A stretch of DNA of 64,000 bases, taken from contig JBBRSP010000002.1 of the NCBI GenBank assembly GCA_038245295.1, forward strand, positions 288,001 to 352,000, given 5' to 3'. Origin of the DNA: Candidatus Binatia bacterium (GTDB lineage: Bacteria > Desulfobacterota > Binatia > HRBIN30). Position 1 is the first letter of the stretch, and each line of letters begins with the position of its first letter. This document shows positions 59,031-64,000 of this stretch, piece after piece. Below the pieces are notes generated by a model. It did no database searches and was not told where the DNA came from. It saw nothing but the letters and a program-made list of their open reading frames with translations. The translations under genes and the position numbers were made by a program.

Positions 59031-62000
59031 TCAATCCTCATCTTCTGATGCAACCGGTGTGGGCGGCGCGACGGCGCCGTCGATGTACGTGCGGATGACG
59101 TCGTTCGGCGGTCCTGTGCTCGGGGCGGTGACGCCGGCAAGGGCCGGCCGCACCAGCACCGGCCCACCATCACCCGGTGCGTGAACCGCCAACAGGTAGG
59201 TGCCTGGAGCGAGATCGGGCATCTGCACGGTTCCGGTGGAAAGCTGCTTGCCGTCGGCGGTGTAGAGGACCACGTCGACGCGATCCGGGGCGGCCCTGAC
59301 GCCGACACCCACGGCGCCCTGTTGGGCGACCTTGAACGAGAAGAAACGCGTTGTACCCGCGGCCAGCAAGACCTGTGCACCGAGGCCTTCGCCGATGGGC
59401 GATACCGGCGAGGTTGTGAGCTCGGCCGTACCGCTGAGCGCGCGCCCACCGAGGGCACGAAGGCCGATGAGAACGTCGGGACGCTCGACGTAGGTGTCGA
59501 GCACGACGCGCTTCGAGTGAACCGCGACCTCGGGTTCGTCACTACCACGCAAGACGGCGCTGATCGCTGGTACCGCGGCACGTATGTGGACGACAATCGG
59601 CGGCTCCGCATCGAGCCGCAATCGTTGTGAAGCACCGGCCAGAGGGATGACGGCGGGTGGCCGGACAGTCGTCTCCGGGGTGGTTGTGTCGGTCGTCCAC
59701 AATCCCAGCGTACCCGTGCCGCGATTCAGCCAAGCCAGGATGGTCCCAGCCGAATGGGGTACGATGAGGTTACCGCCTGTGCCGGTAACCGTCAGGTCGC
59801 TCCCTTGCGTGATGCGGCCATCCTCGTTCAGCAAGAGTGCGTCGCCACTGGCACCGCGTACGTGCAACGTCAGAGTATCCCCATTGCCGGTGTTCGTGTC
59901 TTCGACGCGTAGGCGCAGGATGCCGCCGGCGGCGGCGCTCCATTCGAACGGGTGATCGCCGTCGATGGCGCGCGCCAGGGTTGGCTCGGTCAGTGCCACC
60001 GTCTCGACGCGTAGCTGACGGTTGTTGCCTTGTACTTGAAACACGGTGAGGCGATCGGCGTCGCTGTCGAGTGTCTCATCGGCCGCTTCATCTCCCGACC
60101 AGTGTACGGTCTTGATGTGTTCGCCATTCGACAGCACGGCCACGAGGCCCGGCTGCAAAGCGAGATGAACTCGCTTCCAACCGGTTGGCAGATCGAAGCG
60201 CCGCGCCGCCTCTTTGGCGAGAGTAATGTCGAGGCCACCGAGAGAAGCCGTCTCCACCTTGGGTTGGGCGAAGGTGAACTGCTGCAGACGCGCCAGGATC
60301 GGTGCTTCCTGCCGATCTGCCGACCAGACGACCGCGGCACGTGATTGAGTTGCCAAGCTTGCTGCCACGGCGGCGTGTGCCCGTGCCGTGTAGGCGGCGG
60401 GTTCGTCGAGACGGACTCCGGGTTGGCCAACGGTCGTCGTAGCCAGAGCGATGACCGCCGAGCCGGTCGGCGCATCGAGGTCAACTGTCGTGGAGCGGCG
60501 CACTTCAGGCTGCACGGCGCGCTGATCACCCGGCCCGAGGACCACGCGCTGCAACGTTGCATGTTGGCCGGCTGGGCCAAGCAGATGGAAAAAGGTCCCA
60601 CGGGCGGCCGCGAGGCCATTCACCGGCGTGTCGCAGCCGCCGGTTGCGTCGGAACAATCCATTGCATCATGGCCGGCGACGCGAAAGAGCCCGTCGTGCG
60701 CCAGACGGATCGTGACACTGCCGAGCGGCGGCGTCAGGCCCGCGATCGGTTGGAAGACGACAGCACCGTTCTTGATCGCCGATTCGGCGATACCCGCGGC
60801 GCTGTGTGCGACCACACTCAGCTCAGCTTCGGCTGGGCGGCCGTCCAGCGACCAAAGGCGCAGGCGATGAGGCGCCTGGTTGAGCGGGGCCGCGACGTGG
60901 AACGCCGAACCACGGTTGGTGACCAATACACGCCAGCCGTTGTCATCGTGGCGTTCGATGGCGCAGACGACACTCTCGGCCGACTTGACACCGGCGATCA
61001 GAAGGTCGCCGGTGCTGTTGATGTCGTAGACCTGCGAGTCGCGTGAAACCGCGACCTTGAATTGAGCCGGAAGTGCCAACGCGCCGTGAGCAATCTCCTG
61101 CGGAGCCCTCATCGATACACGTACGCCAGCCACGGTTGTGTCGTTGCCGTCCCTTGCCGCGTCGTTGAAGGGCACCGACTCATCGTCATGTGCTTCCGCG
61201 TTGGGCTCGTCGCCGGTTGCCGGTCCGGCTGATCCTTGGAGGCTATGGACCTCCACCGCTCGCACCGGGTCGACCTGTAGGCGATAGGTTCCCGCCTGCA
61301 GGGGCTGCTGAAGTTGGAAATTCCAATCGTCCGGACCGTCGTCGTTGCTCGCGACGCGGTTGCCATTCTGATCGAAGAGTGCGGCGCGCACGTCGGTCGA
61401 GCCGAAGGACGCAAGCTGCACGAGACCGTCCCTGCCAACCGCAACATCGAGACTCGCAGGGGGAGTCAGGTCGCGATCTTGCCCAGCCAGCAACTGACGC
61501 GAGCTCAGTCGCAGTGTGTAGGTCGCCTGATCGTCGATGCGCGCGTCGTGTAGCCGCAGAACATAGTTGCCGGCGGTAAGGGAACCATTCCAACCGTGCC
61601 CCGGTTTCAAAGTCGCGACCGCCGGGTCATGCCCTTCGGCGTAGAGCGAACCTTCCATCTCGCCGTTGATCGCGACGGTAATGTCCGCGGCGGCAGGTAG
61701 CGAGAACGTCCAGGCGTCGTCGAGACGCTCCTGGCCGGCCACCGGCTCACGCCAGACGTGCTCGACTCCCTGATCGAACGGCAGGGGATGCGGCCCGTGG
61801 CCGAGGAGCTCTGTTGGCTGCGGCACGCGTTCGAGCAGAGTCAGTCGCCGACCCTCGATGGCCTCAGGTAGCAGGATGATCTGATAGTGGCCCTTGTCGA
61901 AGAAGCGGCTGAGATCGGCGCCGATGTTGGGTGTCTCGATAGGCCAACCCTCGCCATCTTCGAGGCGGCAACGCACGCTACCGCTGAGCGCCAACGAGCG

Positions 62001-64000
62001 CACTCGGTACTCTCCCGGTTCGTCGATGTCGAAGGTGTATCGAATCGCCTGGCCGGCGCCGAGCGTGGTGCGGGCTGGAAAGCCCTCGTTTAGGCGGCCG
62101 CCGTCGCTGAGCTCGGTCCGTTCCAGCGTCAGACCGAGATGTCCGCGCGACTGTCCTTCGGCCTTGAGCGTTAGCTGGTAGTCGCCTTCGCGCAGGTACT
62201 GGTCGATGTAGAAGTTGCGCCCGGCGCCATTGTCCCGAGCTCGCACGAAGGATGGGTTCATCCGTGTACGCAGGTTGCCCGAGACGGCCAGCAGGCCGGT
62301 GCTTTGCAGGCGATACAACGCCGGCTTGGTGGCGTTGACGAGGAACGTCCGACTCTCCTGCCGGTCCAGATCGAAGAAGGTTGGTGCGTCGGGAGCGACG
62401 ACCGGCAACTTTGGTGGTGTGGCGCGACTCGGATCGGGGAGCGGTGGCAAGGGTGCCCTTGGCTGCATCTTGGATTGCTCCACCGACAGGCTGAGGTTCC
62501 GCGGGGTATCGGTGGCGGCAATCTTGACCGTATGAACCCCGGCTTTGATGGAGGCAGCGACGCTGGCTGCCTGGTCGTCGACGCTGAGAAGGACTGTCGC
62601 ACCAGCATCCGTTTCGCCGCGCAGGATGCCGTCGCTGGCGCTGCGTACGGAGACGGTGACGGGATCGTCGGGACGCTGGCTGATCGGCAAGCCGTTTTCG
62701 AGATCGACGGGAAGCGGGCGCAGCACGAGGCCGACTGGCACGCCCGGCTGTTGGTTCAGGTACAGCTCGGCGACGTGACCTTTGTCCGGCTGGAAGAGGC
62801 TGACGTTGCGCAGTTCAACATTGGGCTGCAGTCGCTGCAGCTCCTTGGTGCGATCGGCGGGGAGCAGACGTTCGAGGACGGCGGCGGGCGACTCGTCGCT
62901 CGGCGCCACGATGGCAACATCGAGGACACCGCGCGACTCAGGCTCCAAGGACAGGACGTAGATGCCCGCGTCGAGCTCCCACTTCGCATCGACGCTGGTC
63001 CAGGCGGGCGGCTCGTATTCTGTCGGGTGGTAGCGCAGGAACGGCTCGAAGCGGAACTTGACGTTGGCGCCGCGTGTCACGACCCGGTAGCTGCCGGCGG
63101 CCGCGACCCGAAAGAAGATTGTCGTGTGATCGAGTACATTGGCGCGGCGCGCCCACGGGTGACTCGAGTCGATTTCGATCAGCTGTGTCGCCAACGGTTC
63201 CGTGTGGATGGAATTGGAGGTCGCATCGTCGATGAGGATACCGGTGGCATCGACGGAGTCGGACGCATCGCCGGCGTGGATGGTCGACACCCAATGGGGC
63301 CCCTGGCTCAGGACCCTCCAACTCCGACCGGTCCATCCCGTGAACGTTCCGGAGTCGAAGTGCTGCAGGATATACGGCTGCCCGGCGGCCCCGCTGACGC
63401 TGACAATGTGCTCGGATTCGCGGTCCGTCTCGAGTTCGGCGACCGGCACGAGAGATGTCTTGTTGATGGTTGCCGTTTCGGCGGTCGACAGCGGGTTCGA
63501 CTCACGGAACGGTCCTTCGCTGAGGGTCAGGTCCCTTGCCGCCGGGATCTCGGCGCGCACGTAGTTGGCTAGGGCTGGCAGAATCCAGCGGTCGGTGCCG
63601 AACGGACCGATGGTGTGACGACTGCGCGCCGCTTCTTGTCGGCGCGGGATGCCGAAGCGCAGATGGAAGGGGCGCGTCGAATCATCGTTGGCCCAGGGCT
63701 GCGATGTGCCGCCGTAGGCGGTGACCAGGTAGAGTCCCGGTTCGAGGTCGGCGACGAGAGTGCAATCGCGCAGAGGATGTCCGCTGTCGGGCTCGATCGT
63801 GTCAATTTTTGGCGCGGCGTCGACGAGCCAGTCGCCATTCTGCCAGAGGCGCAAGTCGGCGAGATGTCGTCCGGCCGCCTCGATGAACACCCAGCGGCGT
63901 TTCGGCACGTCGAGCCAGTACGAGCGTTGCTCGAAGTCGGCGAGGGTGTCGGAGTTGAGCTTCGTTTCGACGAGCAGCCGCGGCGGTGTGTTGCGTTCGT
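59031..64000 (-). CDS. Very large hypothetical protein with repeated PPC-like beta-sandwich domains (5' end outside the window)
   Basis: The frame stays open to the window end (>1650 aa). Recurrent LxxGxYxL strands and NDDGPDDWNF / DNGAGRNF motifs. Stop is 1 nt from the A2M start. Confidence 0.85.
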   Translation of the reverse strand, partial: ERNTPPRLLVETKLNSDTLADFEQRSYWLDVPKRRWVFIEAAGRHLADLRLWQNGDWLVDAAPKIDTIEPDSGHPLRDCTLVADLEPGLYLVTAYGGTSQPWANDDSTRPFHLRFGIPRRQEAARSRHTIGPFGTDRWILPALANYVRAEIPAARDLTLSEGPFRESNPLSTAETATINKTSLVPVAELETDRESEHIVSVSGAAGQPYILQHFDSGTFTGWTGRSWRVLSQGPHWVSTIHAGDASDSVDATGILIDDATSNSIHTEPLATQLIEIDSSHPWARRANVLDHTTIFFRVAAAGSYRVVTRGANVKFRFEPFLRYHPTEYEPPAWTSVDAKWELDAGIYVLSLEPESRGVLDVAIVAPSDESPAAVLERLLPADRTKELQRLQPNVELRNVSLFQPDKGHVAELYLNQQPGVPVGLVLRPLPVDLENGLPISQRPDDPVTVSVRSASDGILRGETDAGATVLLSVDDQAASVAASIKAGVHTVKIAATDTPRNLSLSVEQSKMQPRAPLPPLPDPSRATPPKLPVVAPDAPTFFDLDRQESRTFLVNATKPALYRLQSTGLLAVSGNLRTRMNPSFVRARDNGAGRNFYIDQYLREGDYQLTLKAEGQSRGHLGLTLERTELSDGGRLNEGFPARTTLGAGQAIRYTFDIDEPGEYRVRSLALSGSVRCRLEDGEGWPIETPNIGADLSRFFDKGHYQIILLPEAIEGRRLTLLERVPQPTELLGHGPHPLPFDQGVEHVWREPVAGQERLDDAWTFSLPAAADITVAINGEMEGSLYAEGHDPAVATLKPGHGWNGSLTAGNYVLRLHDARIDDQATYTLRLSSRQLLAGQDRDLTPPASLDVAVGRDGLVQLASFGSTDVRAALFDQNGNRVASNDDGPDDWNFQLQQPLQAGTYRLQVDPVRAVEVHSLQGSAGPATGDEPNAEAHDDESVPFNDAARDGNDTTVAGVRVSMRAPQEIAHGALALPAQFKVAVSRDSQVYDINSTGDLLIAGVKSAESVVCAIERHDDNGWRVLVTNRGSAFHVAAPLNQAPHRLRLWSLDGRPAEAELSVVAHSAAGIAESAIKNGAVVFQPIAGLTPPLGSVTIRLAHDGLFRVAGHDAMDCSDATGGCDTPVNGLAAARGTFFHLLGPAGQHATLQRVVLGPGDQRAVQPEVRRSTTVDLDAPTGSAVIALATTTVGQPGVRLDEPAAYTARAHAAVAASLATQSRAAVVWSADRQEAPILARLQQFTFAQPKVETASLGGLDITLAKEAARRFDLPTGWKRVHLALQPGLVAVLSNGEHIKTVHWSGDEAADETLDSDADRLTVFQVQGNNRQLRVETVALTEPTLARAIDGDHPFEWSAAAGGILRLRVEDTNTGNGDTLTLHVRGASGDALLLNEDGRITQGSDLTVTGTGGNLIVPHSAGTILAWLNRGTGTLGLWTTDTTTPETTVRPPAVIPLAGASQRLRLDAEPPIVVHIRAAVPAISAVLRGSDEPEVAVHSKRVVLDTYVERPDVLIGLRALGGRALSGTAELTTSPVSPIGEGLGAQVLLAAGTTRFFSFKVAQQGAVGVGVRAAPDRVDVVLYTADGKQLSTGTVQMPDLAPGTYLLAVHAPGDGGPVLVRPALAGVTAPSTGPPNDVIRTYIDGAVAPPTPVASEDED

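Noticed and set aside
59030..59635. ~200-aa N-terminal extension of the A2M ORF (possible overlap or frameshift fusion)
   Set aside because: Arg/Ser/Pro-rich off-frame reading of the upstream gene. The RBS and signal peptide support the start at 59029.

Overview
GC-rich bacterial chromosomal window with about 48 genes. I found no rRNA, tRNA, CRISPR array, transposase or integrase. Dockerin-like 'GDCxxxGxVTxDEL' modules in secreted proteins suggest a Binatota-like host (inference only). In order: oppDF-bactofilin-hydrolase, an aldehyde dehydrogenase, ArgA-like plus type II pantothenate kinase, a LexA-type S24 peptidase with no DNA-binding domain, sahR-ahcY, and a ~19 kb glycan island (12.8-31.6 kb). 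After the island come comEC, a stand-alone FrhB-like protein, a PAS-HisKA-REC protein with no ATPase domain, rnhB, a SWIM-SNF2 helicase, a secreted cytochrome c/PHM-type copper monooxygenase, and a giant-protein/alpha-2-macroglobulin/PbpC operon. The best candidate for an undescribed system lies in the glycan island: a PqqD/RRE protein with its own lasso-leader-like C-terminal tail, an HPr-kinase-like kinase, two NTP_transf_5 paralogues and many glycosyltransferases, with no lasso cyclase or peptidase in the window. The intergenic DNA holds several small palindromic repeat families, including boxC-like hairpins with unique but fixed-length (24-25 nt) loops and a 30-nt element nested inside another repeat. 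All calls come from motif reading only; no searches were run.
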